From contig ASZN01000014.1 in assembly GCA_000406005.1 (NCBI GenBank), forward strand, positions 11,309-75,308: a DNA stretch of 64,000 nucleotides, read 5' to 3'. A program made the translations under genes and the position numbers. This document shows positions 1 to 8,749 of this stretch, one piece after another. Each line of letters opens with the position of its first letter. Positions within the stretch are counted from its first letter, which is position 1. Source of the DNA: Candidatus Poribacteria bacterium WGA-3G. Its GTDB lineage: Bacteria; Poribacteria; WGA-4E; WGA-3G. The notes beneath the pieces are model-generated. The model saw nothing but the letters and a program-made list of their open reading frames with translations, had not been told where the DNA came from and did not search any database.

Positions 1-2
1 AC

Positions 3-257
3 CCGAAGGGTTGGTTTACAGATGGATATACCTTAACTGAAGAAAGCCTGTTCCTTGATGCGCCGCACGATCCGACCGAGTATTTTATCTACAAATCCAA
101 CGAACCGTATCCGAAAGGAGAAGTGGAATTGCTCGGTATTGACGAGGTCATCGGAGACCCAGTCCTTATGTGGACGATCTTCCTTGAAGAGGGGCAGCTC
201 CCCGTAGACCCAGAGGGGAATTTAACCACCACTTGGGGTGAGATCAAGACAGACTAA
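3..257 (+). CDS. 3' end of a CDS cut by the window edge; C-terminus reads ...LPVDPEGNLTTTWGEIKTD
   Basis: Manual translation shows the frame open from nt 3 to TAA at 255-257. It is absent from the ORF track because no start codon lies in the window. The tail motif is shared with the LamG protein at 11832..12638, and a terminator hairpin follows. Confidence 0.4.
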   Translation, partial: PKGWFTDGYTLTEESLFLDAPHDPTEYFIYKSNEPYPKGEVELLGIDEVIGDPVLMWTIFLEEGQLPVDPEGNLTTTWGEIKTD

Positions 258-288
258 CAACAGGGTCATTCAAACCGAATTCCATCAC

Positions 289-314
289 AGGCGGGCTTCT
301 CAGTCCGCCTTTTG
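289..314 (+). terminator. rho-independent terminator candidate
   Basis: Stem AGGCGG / CCGCCT with a 10-nt loop (gcttctcagt), followed by TTTG, about 30 nt after the TAA. Confidence 0.45.
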
Positions 315-396
315 CCGACCTACCTCCAGCAAACGAACGGCACTAAACCTAAAATTCTACTATCCTCTTTTGCCATTACAGACGCTATAATACAAG

Positions 397-604
397 ATTA
401 GGACTTACGCAGTTGGTTCATTAAGACCCACCGATAATAGGGATTTAGGGGTTTAAAAATCAAAATCTCCGATTAAGTCCTAATTCACCCTAAACTTTTT
501 TAGTTTCATCTCTATACTTAATATATGAAGATGGCTCATAAATCATCGCGAATCAGTGTAAACATTTTGGATCGTCTTCTGTTAATAGCATTAGGACTTA
601 CGCA
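397..604. repeat. three copies of ATTAGGACTTA(CGCA) in the 610-bp region upstream of the ECF gene
   Basis: Direct copies of ATTAGGACTTACGCA lie at 397-411 and 590-604, each a few nt after a -10-like hexamer (TATAAT 386-391, TAATAG 583-588). An inverted copy, TAAGTCCTAAT, lies at 474-484. Confidence 0.6.
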
Positions 605-867
605 ATTTATAAAAATATCGCTTGTCGGCGGGAACTCCGAAGGGCATGTAAATATTTTGTCAAAATTGGGGATGCCTGAGTCTTAAAGATGATACAAGTC
701 ACTGATGTGATACCCCTCGCGCCATTATCAATGAGCATGAAGAAAACGAATCCGGCAACATCGCTGGAACATCTGAATAAATATATAAACACGCTCTTAT
801 TTTTTTTCTGATTATGCACCGATTTGACCCTTAACAAGCGTCACTATAGGGTAATCGGAGGTGATTT

Positions 868-2883
868 ATGAAAAATATTGATGTTGAACTTATCCACCGT
901 GTTCTTGATGGTGATGATACTGCCTTCAGTGAACTTGTGAAAAAGTACCAAAAGCCGGTTCACGCGCTTGTGTGGCGTAAGGTTGGAGATTTCCACATCG
1001 CCGAGGAGATTACACAGGATACATTCCTAAAGGCATATCAGGGATTGGCAACGCTGAAAAAACCGCAGAGTTTTGCGAGTTGGCTTTATGTGATTGCTGC
1101 GAATCACTGCAGCACGTGGCTGCGTAAAAAGCGTCTACGGACACAATCCCTTGAAGAAACGAGCAGCGCGCAGTTAGAAAAGGCAACGTACTCGGGATAT
1201 GTCATTGAAGAGAACGAACAGACAGCGGTAGAAACCCGACGCGAAGCTGTCAAACAATTGCTTGCGAAACTCCAAGAGAGTGAACGTACCGTCATCACAC
1301 TGCATTACTTCGGTGAAATGTCCAGTGTAGAGATTGGGGCGTTTTTAGGTGTATCGGAAAATACGATTAGGAGTCGCCTCCGCCGTGCGCAACAGCGTTT
1401 AAAGAAGGAGGAGCCGATGATTCGAGAGGTTTTAGAAAATTTTCAAATCACATCGCATCTCCCGGAAGACATCATGCGAGAGATTTCACGTTTGAAACCT
1501 GCAGTTCCGTCCGGCGGTAGACCGCTGGTACCTTGGGCGATCGCTGCTTCTACGGTAGCCTTAATATTTGTGATGTTAGGTGCCAGTAATCAATACTTAT
1601 CGCGTTTCCAAAAACCGTATAGTTTCGATGCGATGTCAGAGATGACGATTGAATTAATTGAAGCCCCAGTCGTGCTAAACCTTGCGGCCAAACCGGACGT
1701 GCGGAATCAATTCGGTAATGCGGATACAAGAAATAAAAACAGTAAGGTCAACCAGAAACCTGACGCAACTTTATTTCCTTCTGCCTCCGGTCATATTCTT
1801 GATGAAGCGGGGGAACCGGTATCCGGGATCAAGATAGCCGTTACACCTGTTGTAGATGGCAATGGTGCTTGGTTCCGGATTCGAGAACGCAACTCCGCGT
1901 CATCTCAAGCGGAAAGCGATGCAGCGGGTCATTTCACTATCACCAGCGTTATTGATGGTCCCGTGCTATTGTCACTATTTCCATTCCACAGATCGGATGT
2001 CCGAATTTTAAAAGTTCAAATCGGAGCATCATTTTTTTCTCCGAGTGGAATGGGCGATCGTGGAATTGTGTTTGCCACGAGTCCGGGGAGACGTATTGAA
2101 AACATTAAAGTAATCGTACAACACCCACACATCCGTGGAAGGGTGCAGTATACAGACGGAACACCCATCGTCAATACGAAAGTCAAGCTCCGTTTACGAA
2201 CAGTGAGTTTATACGGAAATTCTTCCAGCGATGGGAGTGCTCGGACAGATGCCGAAGGGTACTTTACGCACTATACCGAGAGGGATTTGGAGGTACCAAC
2301 ATTTTATATGCTGTCTGTCGGACATCAGACACAGACGGTGAATGCAAAACCGATTATTCTTAAACCCGGCGATCAAACCCACGAGGTTATTTTCACGTTT
2401 GAGACTATGCCAGAGCGGCCTTTACCTGCACGGCATCCCGGATTCGCAAGAGCGTCGGCTTCAACAAGTTCCCGTGCGCATAATGTATGGGTCGTCAGTC
2501 CAGAAAATGGGCATGCTTACAAAAAAATTCAATGTGAGGATTGGGAAGACGCTCAAGCCCAAGCTGCTGCCGAAAGTGCGTATCTCGTTACAATTAATGA
2601 CGAAACGGAACAGAAATGGCTGCAAGTCGTTTTGGGGGGTGAACCGAGTTGGATTGGACTTAACGACATCGCGCAAGAGGGACAATGGATCTGGGACAAC
2701 GGCGAACCGGTCACCTACACAAACTGGGGACTTCAAGAACCCGGTGATACCCGTATCGGAGCAGAGGATTATGTTATTATAGGGCCTTCAGGGAAATGGG
2801 AAGACTTTGGCTCCGGACATGGCGGAATATCCCTAATTCGGACGGCACTGATTGAGAAAGAAAATTTGCCGGTGAAGCAGTAA
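868..2883 (+). CDS. ECF-type sigma-70 factor fused to a TM helix, CarboxypepD_reg-like beta-sandwich segments and a C-terminal C-type lectin domain
   Basis: Single 671-codon ORF with a GGAGGTG RBS. Sigma region 2 reads DTFLKAYQ..WLYVIAANHCSTWLRKKR and the region 4 HTH reads ERTVITLHYFGEMSSVEIGAFLGVSENTIRSRLRRAQQRL. One TM helix (PWAIAASTVALIFVMLGA). Two G-x-V/I-x-D-x-x-G-x-P ... TD/SD-A-x-G-x-F segments. CTLD signature WIGLNDIAQEGQWIWDNGEPVTYTNW. Confidence 0.85.
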   Translation: MKNIDVELIHRVLDGDDTAFSELVKKYQKPVHALVWRKVGDFHIAEEITQDTFLKAYQGLATLKKPQSFASWLYVIAANHCSTWLRKKRLRTQSLEETSSAQLEKATYSGYVIEENEQTAVETRREAVKQLLAKLQESERTVITLHYFGEMSSVEIGAFLGVSENTIRSRLRRAQQRLKKEEPMIREVLENFQITSHLPEDIMREISRLKPAVPSGGRPLVPWAIAASTVALIFVMLGASNQYLSRFQKPYSFDAMSEMTIELIEAPVVLNLAAKPDVRNQFGNADTRNKNSKVNQKPDATLFPSASGHILDEAGEPVSGIKIAVTPVVDGNGAWFRIRERNSASSQAESDAAGHFTITSVIDGPVLLSLFPFHRSDVRILKVQIGASFFSPSGMGDRGIVFATSPGRRIENIKVIVQHPHIRGRVQYTDGTPIVNTKVKLRLRTVSLYGNSSSDGSARTDAEGYFTHYTERDLEVPTFYMLSVGHQTQTVNAKPIILKPGDQTHEVIFTFETMPERPLPARHPGFARASASTSSRAHNVWVVSPENGHAYKKIQCEDWEDAQAQAAAESAYLVTINDETEQKWLQVVLGGEPSWIGLNDIAQEGQWIWDNGEPVTYTNWGLQEPGDTRIGAEDYVIIGPSGKWEDFGSGHGGISLIRTALIEKENLPVKQ

Positions 2884-2914
2884 GTTTTATGTTCTACGCA
2901 AAAGGAGAAAAATT

Positions 2915-4273
2915 ATGAAACGTTCATCCTACACAAAAGGTTTTTCTTTCTTAATAACAGTTGTTTCGCTTTTCATCGGCTTCGGTTCACAGAGCATTGC
3001 TGCGGAAGAGGAGACAGGAACTTTCTCTGGACGCGTTGTCGATGTAGAAGGGAATCCGGTTGCAGAGTTACCCGTTATGATTGGCCCCACGATGCCTATC
3101 GGACCCGGGATTCGATCTGCTTTCTTCCCAACGAATTATCCGACGACGCGACGCGCCCTCACAGATGCAGACGGACGGTTTTCCATTACAGGTATCGCCG
3201 CAAGGATGTCGTACTTCAGTGCACTCCCGCGTAACGTGGATGTACTGTTTCCAAAGGATCTTGAGGCGAAAATTGCGAAGGCTATAGAAGAGAAGGATTT
3301 CGCTGCGATACACACGAGTCGTGTTACAGAGATGGAAAGGGACGATTTTGAACCCGACTTTGAGGTTATATCTATTGACATCCGCGGTATAACCTTCTAT
3401 CCGCGTAATGATTTTAGTCGGATCGGGTTTAGTGTTGAACGGGGGTCGCATATTAAAAACGTGAAAGTCATTGTGCAACCTCGGATGCGGATTCGGGGAC
3501 GTGTTCTTTTCAAAGACGGGACACCGCTCCGCAACGCGCGGCTCCGCCTCGGTCTCAATTACATTCGTGAAGATGGACAGGGACACGGAAGTTCAGGCGG
3601 AAAACCCCGAACAGATGCTGATGGCTACTTTCTCTTTTATTTAGACGAGAAAGACGATACTGCAAACTACACATTTTCGGTGGAGTACCAAGAAGTTGAG
3701 GCGACGGCTGGCCCTGTGCTTCTTAAGCCCGGGGATCGACTTGATGGACTCACTTTCACTTTTGACAGCGAACCGATTGCCCCCAAACCACCTGATAAAA
3801 TGCCATTCAATCCGTCCGCTACGCCACCGGCACCCAAACCTATATCAATTCCAACGTTTGAAACGGTTTGGATCGTCAATCCCACAAATGGACACGCCTA
3901 TAAAAAGATTCCGTGTGAGTCTCGTGACGCTGCTGTTGCCCAAGCGACAAAAGAAAAAGCACATCTCGTCGCGATTAATGATGCTGAGGAGCAGGCGTGG
4001 CTCTCAGCGGTTTTTGGAAATGAGTTCTATTGGATAGGGCTTAGCGATGGAGAAAAAGAAGGACAGTGGCAGTGGGATAACGGCGAACCTGTCACTTATG
4101 AAAATTGGTTACCCGACGATTTCTTTTCTGAATCCGCTAATACTGGTGAAAGAGATTACGCCGTCACGACATTCACAGAGGGGAAATGGTATGCCGTTAG
4201 TCCTAAAAGTATACTCTTGCGAATGACTGCGATGGCGATCCTTGAAAAACCAGATATGCTTGATAGGCAATAA
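2915..4273 (+). CDS. secreted CarboxypepD_reg-like / C-type lectin protein, paralogous to the sensor part of 868..2883
   Basis: AAAGGAG RBS and a signal peptide (FLITVVSLFIGFGSQSIAAEE). Contains GRVVDVEGNPV..TDADGRFSITGI and IRGRVLFKDGTPLRNARLRL..TDADGYF. CTLD signature WIGLSDGEKEGQWQWDNGEPVTYENW. Confidence 0.8.
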   Translation: MKRSSYTKGFSFLITVVSLFIGFGSQSIAAEEETGTFSGRVVDVEGNPVAELPVMIGPTMPIGPGIRSAFFPTNYPTTRRALTDADGRFSITGIAARMSYFSALPRNVDVLFPKDLEAKIAKAIEEKDFAAIHTSRVTEMERDDFEPDFEVISIDIRGITFYPRNDFSRIGFSVERGSHIKNVKVIVQPRMRIRGRVLFKDGTPLRNARLRLGLNYIREDGQGHGSSGGKPRTDADGYFLFYLDEKDDTANYTFSVEYQEVEATAGPVLLKPGDRLDGLTFTFDSEPIAPKPPDKMPFNPSATPPAPKPISIPTFETVWIVNPTNGHAYKKIPCESRDAAVAQATKEKAHLVAINDAEEQAWLSAVFGNEFYWIGLSDGEKEGQWQWDNGEPVTYENWLPDDFFSESANTGERDYAVTTFTEGKWYAVSPKSILLRMTAMAILEKPDMLDRQ

Positions 4274-4374
4274 TAGTTAGAGTCGGGTGATCTGTTGCCC
4301 GCTGGATGTTTCAGCATTTGAAAAAAGGAATTTACTATGAATCTTCAACGTCTCAGTCTAAAACTTGGCATTTT

Positions 4375-4593
4375 CGTCGCGGTTATAGTATTCTCCTTAG
4401 TGTGTTAACATTCTCACCCGATGGAAAAATCCTTCTCGACCCTAAATCAATAAGTTGGCAACCCCTCATCCAGTTATGGGATGTGGATATTGGCACCGAT
4501 CTCGGCGGAATCCTTTCCGGGCATACGGAAAGCATAGAAACGTTGGTGTTTTCACACGATGGGAAAACCCTGGCAAGCAAAGGAGCAAATATC
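4375..4593 (+). pseudogene. relic 3' end of a third WD40 paralogue, fused in frame to the next gene
   Basis: The translation RRGYSILLSVLTFSPDGKILLDPKSISWQPLIQLWDVDIGTDLGGILSGHTESIETLVFSHDGKTLAS matches the last ~60 aa of both downstream WD40 genes. About 23 codons plus the stop are deleted at the junction. There is no N-terminal part and no credible start. Confidence 0.6.
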
Positions 4594-6627
4594 ATGAAAG
4601 CAAAACACCTATTCTTCATCACTTTTCTATTCGCTGCTGCGATGTTCTCGACCAGTTTCGCACAAGACAATACGAAAGTCGGATTACCTGAGGGTGCCAT
4701 CGCACGACTCGGAAAAGGTGGTATCAATTTGATGCGGTTTTCACCCGACGGTACCCGTCTCGCAGTGGGAACGGATGTCGGCGTGTGGCTATACGATGTG
4801 CCTCATGGCAAAGAGACTGCCCTGTTCACAGAACACCCCGGACAAGTCAATGCACTTGCTTTCTCAACAGATCGAAAAATCCTCGCAAGTGGCGGGTTCG
4901 CGAACCCTGTCATACAACTCTGGAATTTGGAAACTGACAGTAAACTTTCTACCCTAAAATTAGCCGAGAGACACGATTCAATAACAGCATTGGCATTTTC
5001 CGAAGATAACACAATATTGATCAGTTTGGACACATTTGGTGATATTATCTATTGGGATGTGGAGACCGGCAGCAAATTGTTGGATCCAAGGAACGTAGAC
5101 CCCGTAGACACATACGAAGTAGCAGCACTCTCCCAAAACGGTAGCATGGCCGCCATTGGAGACAAAAACGGTACACAAATTCATTTATGGAACACAACAA
5201 CCGGAAGACGACGGGTAACCCTTAATGGACATACAAATTTTTTCAAAGAGGGACCGGATGAAGACGAAAAGGATGCAGACATTCAGGCAATGGCATTTAC
5301 ATCGGACGGAAAAACCCTCGTTAGCGGAAGCGAAGACAAGACAGTACAACTATGGAATACGAACGGTACTAAACGCTCAACCCTCAGAGGGCATCAAGGT
5401 TGGGTTACTACCGTTGCCTTTTCATCTGATGGTGCAATCGTTGCCAGTGGCGATACGAATAAGGTAATCAAGGTATGGGATGTGGACACCGGGCACGAAC
5501 GCGCGACGCTTATAGGACCCAAAAACACCATCAATGCGCTAACCTTCGCTCCCGAAGGAACACCCCTTTATAGCAAGTGTCTTGCCAGTGGCAGCGCAGA
5601 TGGCACAATCCGATTCTGGGATCCAGAGACTGGACAGGAACTGATTACCTTTACTGTGGGACATACAGAATGGGTGAAAGCCGTCGCGTTTTTTGTAGAT
5701 GGAACAACACTTGCGAGTGCTGCGTTCAACGGCACTGTTGAAATATGGAGTCTAATGACCAAGCGGGAACTTATCACATTTACTGCTGGACAAAGCAATT
5801 TAGCCGAGTTAGCCGTATTGTCCCCTGATGGTAAATTCTTCGTGACTCGAGGGTACAACGGTCCAATTGCAATTGCGTTCAATCCGTATGGGTGGGGTGC
5901 CCGTTCTAACCCGAAAGAGCGCGGCAGCATGCAGTTATGGAAAATCACTACTAATGAGCAGCTTCCTGGTCCCTGGCAGAACGTTGCAGATACCACGATA
6001 TCACTCGCATTCTCGCCGGAGAATAAAATACTCGCAAATCGCGGTCCCAAAAATATTCAGGCGTGGGATATGAAAACCAGCATTGAACTGTTCCATCTTA
6101 ACACGGAGAATCCATTTCCAAGGAAGTTGACGTTCTCACCCAATGGAACTCTACTTTGTGTCTACGGCATTCATGGCATCCCAGAGGTATGGGATGTAGA
6201 CGCGCGACGCGAGTTCCCTACATTCACCAACGAACGAGCCTGGAGTTTGGCATTCTCACCCAATAATACTATCCTTGCGCTTGGACATCGGGATAGCATT
6301 ACTTTGTGGGATGTAACGACAACAGGCATGCAGGAGCGCAGCGTAATTCCTGATAATTACCGAGGATTCAGTGATATATTAACATTCTCGCCTGATGGAA
6401 AGACACTCCTGGGTTCTAAATGGGATGGTCTATCTCGAATCCAGTTATGGGATGTGAACACTGGCAGAACTTTAGGAATCCTGTCTGGACATACCGAACC
6501 TATAGAAACGCTGGTGTTCTCACACGACGGGAAAACGCTCGCCAGTGGTAGCGAGGATGGCACAGTACTCCTCTGGGATTGGGACGAAATCATCGCAAAG
6601 CAAACACCTAATGACAAAGGAAATTAA
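4594..6627 (+). CDS. secreted WD40-repeat beta-propeller protein
   Basis: ATG at 4594 is preceded by AGGAG (4581-4585). Signal peptide MKAKHLFFITFLFAAAMFSTSFA/QD. Many WD40-like blades (FSxDGKxLASG....LWD/VWDV). Confidence 0.85.
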   Translation: MKAKHLFFITFLFAAAMFSTSFAQDNTKVGLPEGAIARLGKGGINLMRFSPDGTRLAVGTDVGVWLYDVPHGKETALFTEHPGQVNALAFSTDRKILASGGFANPVIQLWNLETDSKLSTLKLAERHDSITALAFSEDNTILISLDTFGDIIYWDVETGSKLLDPRNVDPVDTYEVAALSQNGSMAAIGDKNGTQIHLWNTTTGRRRVTLNGHTNFFKEGPDEDEKDADIQAMAFTSDGKTLVSGSEDKTVQLWNTNGTKRSTLRGHQGWVTTVAFSSDGAIVASGDTNKVIKVWDVDTGHERATLIGPKNTINALTFAPEGTPLYSKCLASGSADGTIRFWDPETGQELITFTVGHTEWVKAVAFFVDGTTLASAAFNGTVEIWSLMTKRELITFTAGQSNLAELAVLSPDGKFFVTRGYNGPIAIAFNPYGWGARSNPKERGSMQLWKITTNEQLPGPWQNVADTTISLAFSPENKILANRGPKNIQAWDMKTSIELFHLNTENPFPRKLTFSPNGTLLCVYGIHGIPEVWDVDARREFPTFTNERAWSLAFSPNNTILALGHRDSITLWDVTTTGMQERSVIPDNYRGFSDILTFSPDGKTLLGSKWDGLSRIQLWDVNTGRTLGILSGHTEPIETLVFSHDGKTLASGSEDGTVLLWDWDEIIAKQTPNDKGN

Positions 6628-6629
6628 AA

Positions 6630-8672
6630 ATGAAAGCAATACAAATTCTTGGCATCACGTTTCTATTTGCTGCTGCAATGCTCTCAAACAGTTTCGCGCA
6701 AGACAACACGAAAGTCGGATTACCGGAAGGTGCGATCGCACGTCTCGGAAAAGGCGGTATCAATCTGATGCGGTTTTCACCAGACGGGACCCGTCTCACA
6801 GTGGGAACGGATGTCGGCGTGTGGGTATACGATGTGCCGACTGGCGAAGAGATGGCTCTGTTTACGGGACATAAAGGACAAGTCAGCACGCTTGCGTTTT
6901 CATCAGATGGAAAAACCCTCGCGAGTGGTGGATTTAATAATCCTGTCATTCAACTGTGGGATGCGGAAACTGGTAACAAACTTTCAACGCTTCTATCAAC
7001 CGAAAAACACCATTCAACCACAGTATTAGCATTCTCACAAGACAACACAACGCTCATCAGTCTGGATCGGTTTGGCAAAATCATCCACTGGAGTGTTGCA
7101 ACGGGTAAGAGATTGGCAAACAGAAGTAGAAATGTGGGTTCATACGATGTAGTGACAGTCTCTCAGGACGGGAACACCTTTGCTACGGGGAATCAACACG
7201 GTAAAATCTATTTATCGGATTCAACCACAGGTAGACAGTTGGCATCCATCAGGGGACATACCCAACTTTTGGCATCTTTGAAGTCTGTTTTAGGTTGGAC
7301 TGACAGACCTCCGCAAGATGAGGAGGTGCAAGCATTGGCGTTTTCATCAGATGGCAAGATGCTCATGAGCGGCGGCGAAAACAAGATTGTCGGGTTGTGG
7401 AATGTAGAGAAACGCACTAAACATGCCACGCTCAAGGGACATAAGGAGTGGCTTACTGCCGTCGCATTCTCCACTGATGGCAAAACCGCTGCCAGTGGCG
7501 ATGCGGGTAAGGTCATCAAGTTATGGGATGTCGGCACCGGACGTGAACGTGCGACACTTAGAGGGCACAAAAGTACTATCAATGCGCTAACCTTTACGCC
7601 TGATAACGCACCGCTTTATGCCGGATGTCTTGTCAGTGGCAGTGCAGACGGCACAATCCGATTCTGGAATCCGAGCACTGGGCAAGAACTCCTTACCTTT
7701 ACCACAGGGCATACAGAATCGGTGAAAGCCGTCGCGTTCTCGAAAAATGACACAACACTTGCAAGTGCAGCTTTCAACGGGATTGTTGAGATATGGAGCC
7801 TAAAAACAGCACAAGAATTGGCTACTTTTACTAAAGCAGAAAGCGATTTAACTGGGGCAGTCGCCTTTTCGCACGATGCTACGCACTTCGCGATCCGTGG
7901 TGGAAGCGGCGCAATTGCGTTTGATCCGTTAGGCTTCGGAGGTACCGCAAGTGGACCCGGTCCCGGTAACATTCAATTGTGGAATATAGCCACTGGTGAA
8001 CAGATTCCCGGACCTTGGGAGGATGCTGGAGACAACGCGAAAGCGCTTGCATTTTCACCCGATAAGAAGATACTCGTCGCTGATTTTGGTCGTCAAGGTA
8101 TTCGTTCGTGGGACCTAAATACCCGGCTTGAGCTGTTCCACTTTCACACAGCAGAACCGTTTGGAAGGAAGTTTGCGTTCTCACCCACTGGAACTTTATT
8201 CGCTACCAATGGCACGCATGTGCAAACACATGTCTGGGATGTTGACACGCACGCCGAAATCACGCCGCCCAATATCCAAGAAGTTAGTGCCTTGGCTTTT
8301 TCACCGGGCGGCATTATTCTCGCACACGGACATCATCGGGACGGCATTGTTTTCTGGCATGTAACGCCAACAGGCATAAAAGAACACAGCAGAATCCCGA
8401 AGAGTCAGCGCGGGTTTAGCGATGTATTAACATTCTCCCCGGATGGGAAAATCCTTCTTGACCCTAAATTGGATATTTGGGATCCTATCATCCAGTTGTG
8501 GGATGTGGAAACCGGTGAGGAATTGAAGACCCTCTCTGGGCATACGGAACATATAGAAACGTTGGTATTTTCACACGACGGAAAAACGCTTGCCAGCGGT
8601 AGTGCTGATGGCACGGTCCTGCTCTGGGATTGGGAGGCAGTCACCGCGGAGAGGGTGCCAGATAACAAATAG
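6630..8672 (+). CDS. secreted WD40-repeat beta-propeller protein, tandem paralogue
   Basis: Starts 2 nt after the previous stop. Signal peptide MKAIQILGITFLFAAAMLSNSFA/QD. The 5' ~200 nt and the 3' end are near-identical to 4594..6627. Confidence 0.9.
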   Translation: MKAIQILGITFLFAAAMLSNSFAQDNTKVGLPEGAIARLGKGGINLMRFSPDGTRLTVGTDVGVWVYDVPTGEEMALFTGHKGQVSTLAFSSDGKTLASGGFNNPVIQLWDAETGNKLSTLLSTEKHHSTTVLAFSQDNTTLISLDRFGKIIHWSVATGKRLANRSRNVGSYDVVTVSQDGNTFATGNQHGKIYLSDSTTGRQLASIRGHTQLLASLKSVLGWTDRPPQDEEVQALAFSSDGKMLMSGGENKIVGLWNVEKRTKHATLKGHKEWLTAVAFSTDGKTAASGDAGKVIKLWDVGTGRERATLRGHKSTINALTFTPDNAPLYAGCLVSGSADGTIRFWNPSTGQELLTFTTGHTESVKAVAFSKNDTTLASAAFNGIVEIWSLKTAQELATFTKAESDLTGAVAFSHDATHFAIRGGSGAIAFDPLGFGGTASGPGPGNIQLWNIATGEQIPGPWEDAGDNAKALAFSPDKKILVADFGRQGIRSWDLNTRLELFHFHTAEPFGRKFAFSPTGTLFATNGTHVQTHVWDVDTHAEITPPNIQEVSALAFSPGGIILAHGHHRDGIVFWHVTPTGIKEHSRIPKSQRGFSDVLTFSPDGKILLDPKLDIWDPIIQLWDVETGEELKTLSGHTEHIETLVFSHDGKTLASGSADGTVLLWDWEAVTAERVPDNK

Positions 8673-8749
8673 TGGCGGGACCGAACAGTCGAAGATTGGA
8701 TTGAAATATTCGCCGGCGTACGTTATAATCTTTGAAGGAGGTGGTACGC

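Noticed and set aside
607-837. 76-aa minus-strand ORF in the region upstream of the ECF gene.
   Set aside because: It has no RBS and a low-complexity, Cys/Phe-rich translation. It overlaps the repeat motif and promoter-like AT-rich DNA, so it is most likely spurious.
2470-4273. The C-type lectin C-termini as diversity-generating retroelement (DGR) variable regions.
   Set aside because: There is no reverse transcriptase and no template repeat in the window. The two lectin domains differ throughout rather than only at adenine-templated positions.
4306-4593. N-terminal extension of the first WD40 gene as drawn in the ORF track (start 4306).
   Set aside because: The extension would put a C-terminal WD40 blade in front of a signal peptide. 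An internal ATG at 4594 with an AGGAG RBS and an MKAKHL.. signal peptide mirrors the paralogue. I treat the extension as a gene relic.
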